Source: Dehalococcoidia bacterium (GTDB taxonomy: Bacteria; Chloroflexota; Dehalococcoidia; Lucifugimonadales; JAGWBF01). Taken from it: a stretch of DNA of 64,000 nucleotides. The DNA lies in contig OZ240206.1 in assembly GCA_965197405.1 (NCBI GenBank), positions 2,386,183 through 2,450,182 of the forward strand, given 5' to 3'. A program made the position numbers and the translations under genes. Position 1 is the first letter of the stretch. Each line of letters begins with the position of its first letter. Positions 38,594-48,711 of the stretch are shown in pieces. The notes beneath the pieces are model-generated. The model was not told the origin of the DNA. It saw only the letters and a list, made by a program, of their open reading frames with translations, and ran no database searches.

Positions 38594-41235
38594 TCACCAT
38601 CCGGTTCACCGTTGACCGGCTCCTCGTCGTCGCCCGGCTCCCCTTCCGCCTCGGGTTCCGGACCGGGCGCGGGCTGCTGCTGTTGCCGCCTGCTGCGCTG
38701 GTTGCGCCGGTTGGCGGGTTTGGGCGGGGCCGGCGGGCTGGCCTGGTTCTCCTTCCGCTGGCCCGGCCCCTGCCTGAGCAGCTCCAGCTCCTGGCGGTAC
38801 CGCTCCACCAGCTTCCGCATCTCGTCGTCCTGGGGGACGATGTCCTCCGGCGGGGTGAGGTAGCCCAGGGCCAGCTCCCGGATGCGCCCGGCCACCGCCG
38901 GGTCTCCCGGCTCCGGCGGAAGCACCCGCATGGAGAAGGCGTCCATGCGCTCGACGCCCACGGTGGCCCGCACGTAGCACTGGTGCACGTCCAGGGAGGT
39001 GACGTCGTCCTCGCTGATCCGCTCCTTGCCCAGCTCCCACACCAGTTGCCGGGCGTCGGTGCCCGCCATCTGGAAGGCGGCCAGGCAGCCCACGTTGGCC
39101 AGCACGGTGTCGCGCATGGTGCGGGACAGGTCCTCCAGCTTGGCCAGGCTCTGGGTGGCCAGGATGAAGTTGGCCCCGAACTTGCCCAGCTCGCTGAGCA
39201 TGGACTCGTAGTCCACGCCGGGCATGGTCTGCATCTCGTCCACCACCACCAGCGCCCCCCGCCGCTGCTGGGGCGGCAGGCTGCCCTGCTCCCGGATCAC
39301 CCCGTCCACCAGGTTCAGGACGGAGGATCCCACCAGGGCCGCCACGTCCCTTCCTGCCGTTCCCTGGGCGGTGGACACCAGCAGGATGCCGCCCTCCCGG
39401 ATGGTCTCCCGCAGGTCGATGGTGGAGCGGGGCTGGCCCAGGATGGCCCGGGCCGTCTTTGAGGATGCGTAGTAGGCTAGGCGGGTCTGCACCGGGGCCA
39501 GGGCCATACCCTGGTAGTCCCTGCGCCAGGCGCCGAACTCCCGGGCCCACCACCGCAGCAGGTGGTGGTCGTCCACCTGGGCCAGGGCCTCGTCCCGGAA
39601 GTCGTCGTCGGAGAGGATGCGCAGCCCGTCCAGGATGGTGTACTGCTCTTCCGGCTGCCGCTTCTCGTTGGCCTCGTGGAGGCTCTTCACCGCGTGCTCC
39701 AGGATGGACTGCATCCGGGGACCCCACTGCTCTCACAGCCCGTGGGCCACCCGCACCACCGAGTCGGCGGTGCGGTCCCTATCGGCGAAGACGCGGGTGT
39801 CCAGCAAGTTGATGCCGGGAAAGCCCCGCCGGTCGGCCAGGTCGATGAGCTTCACCTGGTGGATGAGGCTTTCGGGCACCTGGGCCAGGACGCTGCCCAC
39901 CAGGTCGGCGTGGGGGTCGACGACGATGATGGCGTCGGTGTCGTTGCCCGCCGCCTTCTCCCGGAGCTTGTGGGCGATGACGTGCTCCATCAGAGTGGAC
40001 TTGCCCATGCGGGTGCGGGCCACGTAGAGGTGGTGGCGGCGCAGCAGGTCCTGGGGGAAGTGGATCCGGCGCGCCGGGCCGGTGGTGGTCTCGCCCACCA
40101 GGGCGCCGCCGCTGGTGCCCCGGGCCGAGGGCAGGAGCGCCCGGGACCCGGCGCGGGCCACCAGGGGCGTCTCGTCCCCGGCCCCCGGCGGGTGCCACAG
40201 GCTGGCCGCCTCCCTCACCCCCAGGACGCTGCGCTTACCGAACAGCCCCGGCCTGGCGGGGTGCAGGTGGGCGCTGGGCACGGTGGGTTTGACCCGGCTG
40301 ACCCGGAAGCGGGCGCCGGCGGGGTTGTCGTAGAGCTTGTAGGCGGCGGCCACCGGCCCCAGCAGCTCCCCGGCCCGGTCGGCGCCGGCGTCCTCCGGCA
40401 GGATGGCCGTCACCTGTATCTCGCCGTCGAAGGCGATGCGGGAGGTCTTCTCCCGGATGAGCAGCGGGTCGTAGACCCGGCTGCGGGCCTGCTTCCAGCG
40501 CCACCAGCCCCAGCCGGCGGCAACCAGGCCCAGGGCCGCGCCCACTCCCAAAAGGGACGCTTTCATGCTCTCGCCGTCCTGGTACCACAGGTAGCCCCGC
40601 AGCCCCACCAGGGCGGCCACGCCCAGGACGGCCAGGGTAATGCCGTCCTGGGTGCTGATCTGGGCCTGGGTGGCCTGGGTGCTGTTGCCGGACTGGCTGG
40701 CGGCGGGCTGCTGCTGACGCTGGAGCTTCTGCTGGTGGACCTGGGACCACTCCGGCCCCATGGACCGCAGCAGGAGGCGGGCCATCACCCGCTCCCCGTC
40801 GTTCAGGCCGGACAGCGCCCCGATGATGGCGATCAGCGGGTCGGAGCCCGGGTCCAGCAGGTCGTCGTCCCGGAAGGTGCGCAGCGGCGCGTACTCCGGG
40901 CCGGAGGCCCGCAGCGTCATGCCCCAGGCCCCCTCGCCCTCCGCCAATCGTAGGGGGTCCTCGTCCGGGTCAATGGTCCGGATGCGGGCCTGGGGGTAGC
41001 GGGCGGCGATCTGGCCCCTTACTACCTGGTCGTCCAGGCAGCGGGCCAGAAGGGTCACGCCGCCCGAGTCGCCGGCCAGTTCCAGGGAGAAGGGCTCGGG
41101 GACGACGATGGAGGCCAGCAGGTTCTCCACCCCCAGCAGGGTGCGCTCGCCGCTGCGGGGCGGCGTGATCGCCAACAGGACCGGCGCCTTCTTCCGGTTG
41201 CCGCCCAGGAAGATGCTCCTGATGCTGATACTCAT
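38575..41235 (-). pseudogene. VirD4/TraG-like coupling ATPase with in-frame TGA at 39733-39735
   Basis: TM pair, RTRMGKST Walker A, VVDPHADL, VVDEMQ, ATQSL; reads AHGL*EQWGPRM in one frame. Confidence 0.82.
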
Positions 41236-41732
41236 GATCTCTGCCTCCTTATCGTCGAAATGGTGGTGTCGCGGGACCGGGGACCGGCGGCGGACGGGAT
41301 AGACCACGATGCCTTGCCTTTCGCTGAGCCGGACGCCGGTTTTGGGGGCCTTGGCCCCCAACCGAGTGTGAGAAGGACAGAGCCGAAATACCATGCCTTA
41401 TAAGGAGGGACGCCGGCGTCCCTCCTTATAAGGCATGGGAGAGATGGGGCCGGATGTGATGTGATACCCGTGTACAGGGATTTGGGTCGGTTGCAGAAAT
41501 ACAAGTCCGGCCCGTCCTGAACCTGAAACAGGCCGGAATCAGGGGTGCCCGGGCCGTATCTGCAAGCACTTGGTGGTAAGGCTCGGTTCCGGCCCCATTT
41601 GCATTAGTGCAAGTCGGTGGTGGCCCGAATCCGGCGCCGCAGCAGCAAGCGATTTGGGCCGGGGGTCGCTGTCCGGGGAACGGAACCCCCCTACAGGACC
41701 TGTCGCCCGGAGCAGGAGCAAGGAGGTCGAGC

Positions 41733-42605
41733 ATGACGCAAAACGGGGGAAAGGACTCTGGTGGCGAGGATGCCGGCGCGCTGCGGCGGGAGCGGCTGCA
41801 CGGGTTCCTGTGCGAGCTGGTGGAACGGGAGGGCCGGATGGAGGCCACGGTGCTGCTGGGGGTGAACTACCGCACGCTGGTCAAGGCCGAGAAGTCGGGC
41901 GAGATGACGGGCCGCATGAGCGATGCCCTGGAACGGCTGCTCTTGACCTGGGACGGCGGGGCCGGGGCAGACGATGGCGCTGAGGATGCGGAACCGGAGT
42001 CCGGCGGCGACCTGGCGCGGCGGGTGGAGGCGTTGGAGGCAGGACTGGAGGAGCTGACCCAAGAGCTGCGCGGCGGGCTTGAAGCAATCCGGGTCGCCGT
42101 CGAGGGCGCCGCGAACGGGGATCCGGCAAGCAGGGCAGGGAAACCGGCGGCCCAAGCCCGGGCCAAGCCCGGCAACAAGGGAGCCCCGTCGCAGACGCCG
42201 CCCACGCCGCCGGTGGCCGGGTTGAACCGGAGCAGGCCCGCCCGGCTGCGACGGGTGGACCCGGAACTGGTCACCCGGGAACCCGCCGACGATGACCCGG
42301 AGGTGTACGGCGATGTCTGGCCCCTGGTGGCCCAGTGGCGCGAGCTGAAGGCCCGGCACCCCGTCCGGGGCCGGAGCCTGTCCTGGCTGACCGATTACGA
42401 GCGGCTGCTGGTGATGGAGTTGGCCATGCTGGAGGAGCACGAGCTGACCCTGCCGCCGGCGAAACAGCCGGTGAAGGGCCTGGCGCGGCGGGACCACACC
42501 CGCTGGCGCTGGAAGGCGCTCTACCGAACCCAGGTGGCGATCCGGCGGCGCAAGCTGCTGCGCTGGCTGCGCCGGTTGCTCACCCTGGGGATTTGGTGGA
42601 ATTAG
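41733..42605 (+). CDS. Hypothetical protein (N-terminal HTH-like region, coiled coil, basic C-terminus)
   Basis: AAGGAGG RBS, GC3-rich codons, followed by a hairpin. Confidence 0.7.
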   Translation: MTQNGGKDSGGEDAGALRRERLHGFLCELVEREGRMEATVLLGVNYRTLVKAEKSGEMTGRMSDALERLLLTWDGGAGADDGAEDAEPESGGDLARRVEALEAGLEELTQELRGGLEAIRVAVEGAANGDPASRAGKPAAQARAKPGNKGAPSQTPPTPPVAGLNRSRPARLRRVDPELVTREPADDDPEVYGDVWPLVAQWRELKARHPVRGRSLSWLTDYERLLVMELAMLEEHELTLPPAKQPVKGLARRDHTRWRWKALYRTQVAIRRRKLLRWLRRLLTLGIWWN

Positions 42606-42640
42606 GACGCCAGCCCCGGGCCGGCGCCGGGGCTGGCGTC
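42606..42640. terminator. GC-rich hairpin
   Basis: GACGCCAGCCCCGG..CCGGGGCTGGCGTC immediately after the stop codon. Confidence 0.6.
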
Positions 42641-44036
42641 GTTGCAATGTAGTCTTCGCGCGGCGGCGAACCGCCAGCAAGCGTCGGGCAAGTGATTGGC
42701 CGCAGGGTGCTCCAGGTGCTTGCAAAATCCGTTCCCTGCGATGGGAGCGCGGGCGATAATCAATGCAGTTTACGGTTTTTTCCAGTCTTTCCCGCCAGAA
42801 AGCTGGAGGGTCCGTCCCCGACCCGGACCGTTCGCCAGTGATCGAGCTTTGCTCTCCCGGCGTTGGTTCCAACGAGGACAAGCGCCCACCCGCTGCGTGA
42901 CGCGGCACTCCGGGGTTGAGCCCTGCTCCTCCGGCGTCCACGTCGATGCGGGACATCACACCACGCTGGCGCCGGTTGTTAGCAGGGTCGTCAGCGTCGC
43001 CAACATCGTCCAGGAGGTGAAAACCGGAACCAACACGGCAACCCAGGACCCGAACCCTTCGGTCCAACTCTCAGAGCGCACACGACGCTGCGCTCACCCC
43101 TCACGCTGCGGCTGGAACGGGCTTCGCCATCCGGCCGCTTCCTCACGTCCGGCGCCGCTGTTCACAAACAGTAGCGTCGCGGTATTCACATTCCCCTCCG
43201 GCAATGCTGCATTGCCAGACCGGTTGCGTGCCTCTGCTGCGCCGTCACGGTTGACGCTGCTTTCGCCGACCGCGTAGCCCTCCCTCTCTCCGCTCACGGC
43301 TATTGCCAGGTTCGCGCTGGGGTTGAACTGCGCCGCGCTCTGGCGTAGCTGCTTTCCTTCCTCACTGCCGCCGCTGCCATACCCAAAGGCACGGCGGCGC
43401 TCTTCGTTGCGCTCTGCCCGTTGCCATCGCCCGTTCACGGTGTTGCCCCACGACGCAACCGCTCTCCCTTCTCCACGTGGGGGATGGCGAGCGCCGGATT
43501 CGGTTGCGGCGTCAGGGGCCTGACCCGTGATTGACACATCGCGGGCCGTGGCCCGGCGCATCCGGCGGCCAGACCTGCTGGTTCAATCCTATGTCCGGTG
43601 GGAACGGGACCGGCGTCATTCCCCTGCGCCGCAACGGGTGGGAAATGCCGGGGTCAACCGGCAGCGCGTCAGCGTCAACCACGACAACCACATCGAGGAG
43701 GTGATCAACGGCAACAACGGTCATCCTGGGTTCCCTGCCATAACGGGCCGGTTGGAGCAACCGGCGAACCGGCAATAACAACCCGAAGCCCGCCGCCTTC
43801 CCGGGGCGCGGCGGCAACTGGGGCGGCTCCGTGGGCCGCCCCTGACAATCGAATAGGCGCCAACGAGCGGGGTCGTCTCTCCCAACGGCGGGGAGGCGTC
43901 CCCGCTCTTCGTGTTTCGCCACCGGCGAACACCAGAGCGGCTGAATGGACCGCACCCAAAGACCTACATCTTGAACCGGAGAGCGGGGTCGGTCCATTCG
44001 GACGGGCCTCGCTTTCCCCCTTTTGGAGGAAGCGAC

Positions 44037-45278
44037 ATGACCACCACCACCACCACTACTAACAACAACAGCAATAACACGGAGACCAGCCACAACCTCG
44101 CGGCCACACTCTATGGCCAAGGCGACGGCCAAGAGGACATCAACACCCTACCGGCTCTCCAGGCTCAGGTTAGCACGGGGCAAGAGACAGCGAACAAAGG
44201 TAAGCCCGAGAGCGAGCTCCGGGCCGCAGCCCGGCGACGAGGCCTCACCGTCAAGGAACTGGCCTCCCTGATGGCCGTCAGCTACGGCTACCTGTGCTCG
44301 GTGGCCAATGGCCGCCGGCCCTGGAGCCCCATGCTGCGGGAGAGGGCCAAGGCGGTCCTGGGAGAGGCGCCCGGGCCGGGCGTCGTCTACCGCCGGGGCG
44401 GCGTGGTCCAGGGCGAAAGCACCTGCGTCCGGGAGCGGGCCAGGGAGCGGGGCCTGAGCCTGAAGGCCCTGGCCGCCCTGGTGGGAGTGTCCGCCGGCTA
44501 CATGTCCGACGTGTGCCGGGGCCGCCGCAACATGAGCCCGGCGGTGCAGGCGCGGGTGGAGGCGGCGCTGGGCGGTCCGGTGGAGATCGCGCCCGCCAGG
44601 TGCGCCAACCGGCAGGGCGACGTGGTGCACGGCGGGGAGAGCACCTACCTCCGGGAGCGGGCCAGGGAGCGGGGTATGACCCTGCGGCAGGTGGCGGACC
44701 GGACGGGACTGAGCTACGGGTACGTAGTCCGGGTGTCCCGGGGCCGGCGCAACCTGAGTCCCGCCGCCCAGGCGCGGATGGAGTCGGTCCTGGAGGCTCC
44801 CGTGAAAACCGAGTCCGCCCAATGCTCCAACGTGGACCCCAGCGTTCTGTGGGAGCGAATGGACGCGCACCACATCAGCCAGAACGAGGCAGCCCGGCGG
44901 GCGGGCATCAGTTCCGGCATGCTCTCCCAGACCATGAACGGCAAGCGCACCCCCTCGGGGGACGTGCTGCGGCGGCTGCACGAGGTGCTGTTCGCGCCGT
45001 CTCCGGCGGAACTGGTTGCGCCCGTCGAGCTCAAGGTGTTGGCCTGGAAGAAGGGCGGGCGCAACGGGGTGGTGATACGCGGCGCCGGTGGACCTCGGGC
45101 TGGCGGCAGGTACGACGGCGGCGCCATCCGCGTCGGCGGCCGAGTGCCCTGGGGGGCCGAGGTCGAGTATGCCTACACTACTGGCTACGACAGCCACGGC
45201 CGGGTGTCGGTGAACCATATAGTGGATGAACGGGGCTGCGCCGCCCTGTTGCAACAGGGGGAGCCGGACGGCGTCTAG
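44037..45278 (+). CDS. Protein with four tandem Xre-HTH domains and an unknown C-terminal domain
   Basis: GGAGG RBS; repeats of RERG(L/M)(S/T)L..(L/V)A..G.S.GY....RGRRN.SP. Confidence 0.85.
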   Translation: MTTTTTTTNNNSNNTETSHNLAATLYGQGDGQEDINTLPALQAQVSTGQETANKGKPESELRAAARRRGLTVKELASLMAVSYGYLCSVANGRRPWSPMLRERAKAVLGEAPGPGVVYRRGGVVQGESTCVRERARERGLSLKALAALVGVSAGYMSDVCRGRRNMSPAVQARVEAALGGPVEIAPARCANRQGDVVHGGESTYLRERARERGMTLRQVADRTGLSYGYVVRVSRGRRNLSPAAQARMESVLEAPVKTESAQCSNVDPSVLWERMDAHHISQNEAARRAGISSGMLSQTMNGKRTPSGDVLRRLHEVLFAPSPAELVAPVELKVLAWKKGGRNGVVIRGAGGPRAGGRYDGGAIRVGGRVPWGAEVEYAYTTGYDSHGRVSVNHIVDERGCAALLQQGEPDGV

Positions 45279-46049
45279 CGCATCCGTCCCCGTGCCAACA
45301 GCCGCTCCCTACTACAGGAGACTCAGCGCACGGCAACGTCAGTGGAGCGGAGGTGCAAGCCCGCGTGGCTAAGGGTAGGGCTGCGTGATCAGCGGCCCTA
45401 TCTGGCCCTCCCATGTATGTCGCTTCCATTACCTTCGGGTCCCGGTGCCACCCTGCCGGGCTGCGTGTGCTTCGCTAGTGACACAGTTTGACATGGAGTA
45501 TCAGGAAATCCGATATAGTACCCTTACTCGCTGTCGTCACTGGGAATGGCGTCTTCCTGGAGTTGGTGGAGCGTGGCAGGACCGAGATAAAGTAACCATA
45601 CGGGGCACTGAATCAGATGCCGGTGGCCTTTGAGACCACGAGCATGGATTCATCAGCAGGGTCCCGTGTTGCCTTGGGCTTCCGTTAGGGCCGGTACGCC
45701 GATTTCACGCACGTGCATGAGAATGTGCGAAACTGATGGATCAGGCAGACGGTCCGTGTTGCAATTTCGCACAGTTTCGATACCGGCTGGTGTGAAACAA
45801 CCAGTTACCGTGGAGGCTGACTAGGTTGTATCTCTCCGCGTTTGGCCCGTGATGTTGGTCAGCCAGACGTAGCGGTTTGCTTCTTTATTCAGGTTGTCGC
45901 CCCATCTGTCAGGGGCTGGAGCCAGTGTTGGTCAGCGACGCCTACACTGCGCTATGTGTCGCCCGCCGTGGATATGTCCAGGCTGTATACCAGTGCCAAT
46001 TCTGACCACTGGTCCGCTTAAAGCGTCACTCCTGCCCCATTGCAAGTCT

Positions 46050-47390
46050 TCACGATGACAACTCCGCAAAGCGCGAGCCATTGATTGATTCTCGGTACGC
46101 CTCGTCATCGCGGGTTATGCAGATGCATCCTTGCTTCCGTTCAAGTGCTGCGGCTTGGAAAGGGGCCACCGCACGCGGCTGGAAGAAAACGCTGTTCTCC
46201 TTTGCTGCCTTCCCGGTGATCGCTAGTTTCGCTATCTCTGCCGCCGTCATCAGCCCAGCTGCATAGGACAGGAATGGGAGGGCGACATCGTCCTCACTGA
46301 CCGTTTCATCGACGGATGGTGCAGTTGCGCACGCGAGGGGTGCCGACGTTCGTTGGCTTCCGGGCACGCATAATGAGCACGGGCCTTTCGTTGGAATGTG
46401 TTGAAGTAGCGTCGCTTGCCAGTTTTTGCCCGTGGTGGCGTAGATTTGTACCGGAGGGAAGTAATTCTCTATTGTCGACCGCACGTTCTTTTCGTTGGCA
46501 GCTGAGATAATGAGGTCAGGAGTCCCTTGCGGGCGTTGCGCCCATTCTTCCAACTCGTGCAGCCAGGCGTAATAGGCTGAAGTTTCCCTGACTCTTGTTT
46601 GTTCTAGCCAGCGTTCGGCGACCGTCACCTTTGATGTGTTCTGTAAGGCGTCTTTCCACGTGAACAAGGGAGATCGTGTGACGTTTTCCACCTCTACGTT
46701 GTCTCGGTCAACGAGTGCAGCGTGAAAGTCTTGAGTGGCTAGACTCAGGAAGAACAGGGCGCAGCTGCCAACGGAGCCTACGCCTACGCACCAGAGTTCC
46801 CCGACTTCAAATCCGGTAGGTTTGGGAGGGCTGGGTAGGTCCTGTGTGCCAACGTTCCATGTGTACGTGTCCACTGTTGTCCGCTCAAACTGCTCGGCTT
46901 TCGGGTCTATCTGTATGCGAGCAGCTGCCATGATTGCTGCGAACGCAGCACCGAATGGATTCTGGTGATTATGGCTACTCAGGGGGGACTGTCCTGTTCC
47001 GGAGTACGCCTCCCAGCCGCTTCCGTGAACTACTATGCCGTCTCCTTTTGGCCCAATGAACACTCGACGGTCTCCGGGCATTGGCCCGCGGCTCACGTGC
47101 TGACCGTACTGGTGTGCTTCCGCCAGCGTTTGATGGACGACACCGTCCAGTGTTCTCCCTTTCCAAGGTAGGAGGCTCGAAATCGTAGCAGGCGGCACTT
47201 GCGTCGCAACTGACTTGGTCATGCGTCCCAAGATGCTGGCAGCCGTGACCGCAGCCACTTGCCCTGAGTACGTCTCGGCGTATTCCGGGTCGACTGTGAT
47301 GTGTACGGTTGACCCGTCAGGCAGCGGCGTTGATCCCGCATAGCGCGCCGTGCGATCACCCCACCGCTCGTCGTATCGTTGTTCTTGCAT
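46050..47390 (-). CDS. E1-like ThiF adenylyltransferase (BilD-like)
   Basis: VGVGSVG, VDRDNVEVENVTR, SKV, CSLC and CIC zinc ligands, candidate catalytic Cys in LACA; N-terminal extra domain. Confidence 0.85.
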   Translation of the reverse strand: MQEQRYDERWGDRTARYAGSTPLPDGSTVHITVDPEYAETYSGQVAAVTAASILGRMTKSVATQVPPATISSLLPWKGRTLDGVVHQTLAEAHQYGQHVSRGPMPGDRRVFIGPKGDGIVVHGSGWEAYSGTGQSPLSSHNHQNPFGAAFAAIMAAARIQIDPKAEQFERTTVDTYTWNVGTQDLPSPPKPTGFEVGELWCVGVGSVGSCALFFLSLATQDFHAALVDRDNVEVENVTRSPLFTWKDALQNTSKVTVAERWLEQTRVRETSAYYAWLHELEEWAQRPQGTPDLIISAANEKNVRSTIENYFPPVQIYATTGKNWQATLLQHIPTKGPCSLCVPGSQRTSAPLACATAPSVDETVSEDDVALPFLSYAAGLMTAAEIAKLAITGKAAKENSVFFQPRAVAPFQAAALERKQGCICITRDDEAYRESINGSRFAELSS

Positions 47391-47402
47391 TTGCTTTGAC
47401 CG

Positions 47403-47903
47403 TTACAGGATTTTGACCTGCTCTTCGATTTCTTGGAATTTGTGCCCGTCCCACATCAGGGTATGGGCGCTTATCAACGACGGTAGTAGGCTCCCGTATT
47501 TCGGAAGCACCATTGAGAAGTAGCCGGGGTGTTTTATTCGCATTCCATTTAGGTCGCCTTTGCTGTGAAAAGCGCCTGCCGGGTGGGTGTGGATTTGCCC
47601 GACCACTTGGAGGTTGGACTTCGTTACTTCGCCAACGATTTTTGTGATTTCTCCTCTGCTGACGTCGAAACTTCCCCGTGTCGTAGCCGCGTTTGGGAAC
47701 CTTGCTGACGCGGCAATCGTGGTAGTTCCGGTCGTCAATCCGATGAGGTATGCGATTCCTTCGCGGCTTCTCTGGGTTGCGCTTTCCATGCCTTGCATGA
47801 CTTCGCGGAGGCATTGCCTAGTCAGGGCTACTGTGTAGCTTTGGGCAGGCGCCACCGGGGGTGTGTTCCGCCGCCTGAAGAGATTTCTGATTTTTGCAAT
47901 CAT
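47403..47903 (-). CDS. JAB/MPN deubiquitinase-like peptidase (BilC-like)
   Basis: REGIAY and QIHTHPAGAFHSKGD JAMM motif. Confidence 0.88.
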   Translation of the reverse strand: MIAKIRNLFRRRNTPPVAPAQSYTVALTRQCLREVMQGMESATQRSREGIAYLIGLTTGTTTIAASARFPNAATTRGSFDVSRGEITKIVGEVTKSNLQVVGQIHTHPAGAFHSKGDLNGMRIKHPGYFSMVLPKYGSLLPSLISAHTLMWDGHKFQEIEEQVKIL

Positions 47904-48352
47904 TGCTGGCGCCCTTGGTATTTGTCGCTCTTGAGTTCAACCTCGATGCGTAAAAGCATCGCCGATAGTGTCTTAGTGCCCCCGGTGCGCTCGTTGCTCT
48001 GCCAGTCTGCTAGACGCCATTCGTTGTGCGGGCCGACTTGCGACGCGAGGCGGTTCCACGGTGCACATATCACGGGTATATTGCCGTGCTTGATGAAGAA
48101 GTCGTATTGGTTCGGTGAGAAAGCCAACTGGTCCAGTTCGCCTGTCGCTTTGTCGCGCCAGTGAAACGCAGGTGGTTGTCCGGGGAATCCTTCGTAGTCG
48201 ACCTCAACCTGGTACTGGTCGCCGTCATTGGCCGTAAGCGTGATCCTGAATCGGTAGTCGCCGGCTTCCTCAAACTCCCACCCGTAGAGGTGGGAGTTTT
48301 GAATGACGTGCTCAATCTGCTTCGCGACGATGCTGTCGCCTACGGCGGTCAT
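47900..48352 (-). CDS. E2-like conjugating protein (BilB-like)
   Basis: UBC-like FPGQPP, single Cys in VICAPWN; located between Ubl and JAB. Confidence 0.75.
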   Translation of the reverse strand: MTAVGDSIVAKQIEHVIQNSHLYGWEFEEAGDYRFRITLTANDGDQYQVEVDYEGFPGQPPAFHWRDKATGELDQLAFSPNQYDFFIKHGNIPVICAPWNRLASQVGPHNEWRLADWQSNERTGGTKTLSAMLLRIEVELKSDKYQGRQQ

Positions 48353-48354
48353 TT

Positions 48355-48609
48355 CTACACCCCGGAGCCTGTGGCTACCAAGGTTAGAACAGCATCGTCC
48401 TTTAGGTCCAAGCTGGAGAGGCTTTTGTCTTCCGGAAGCGGCTTCGGCTGGCCGTCTAAGTACAGCTCCAACTTGTCCTCCGTGGACAGCCGCATCTCCT
48501 TCGCGACTTCGGCTATAACCTCGGCAACGGTAGTGTCCAGCTTGAATTTTCCCTCGTACACGCCGGCCGGAGTCCCGATCTTCAGCATTATGGTGGCCGT
48601 AGTCGTCAT
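48355..48609 (-). CDS. Ubiquitin-like beta-grasp protein (BilA-like)
   Basis: 84 aa; TTVAEVI, LELYLDG, LPEDKSLSSLDLKDDAVLTLV, C-terminal GSGV. Confidence 0.8.
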   Translation of the reverse strand: MTTTATIMLKIGTPAGVYEGKFKLDTTVAEVIAEVAKEMRLSTEDKLELYLDGQPKPLPEDKSLSSLDLKDDAVLTLVATGSGV

Positions 48610-48711
48610 TTTTCCTCGTGCGCGGGTTTGGATTTGCCAGCCAACTTTGGGGTGCTGGCTAGTCGCGCTACAATTCAGAGTACACTTGAACCAATATAGT
48701 GTCAACTTATA

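Noticed and set aside
39733..39735. Selenocysteine or recoded UGA in the VirD4-like gene
   Set aside because: Context suggests Trp rather than Cys, and TGA is a normal stop elsewhere in the window.
41691..43067. 458-aa minus-strand ORF
   Set aside because: Mostly antisense to 41733-42605, which has a strong RBS and a downstream hairpin.
45280..46049. Short ORFs between the 4xHTH gene and the E1 gene
   Set aside because: No RBS, motif or codon support.
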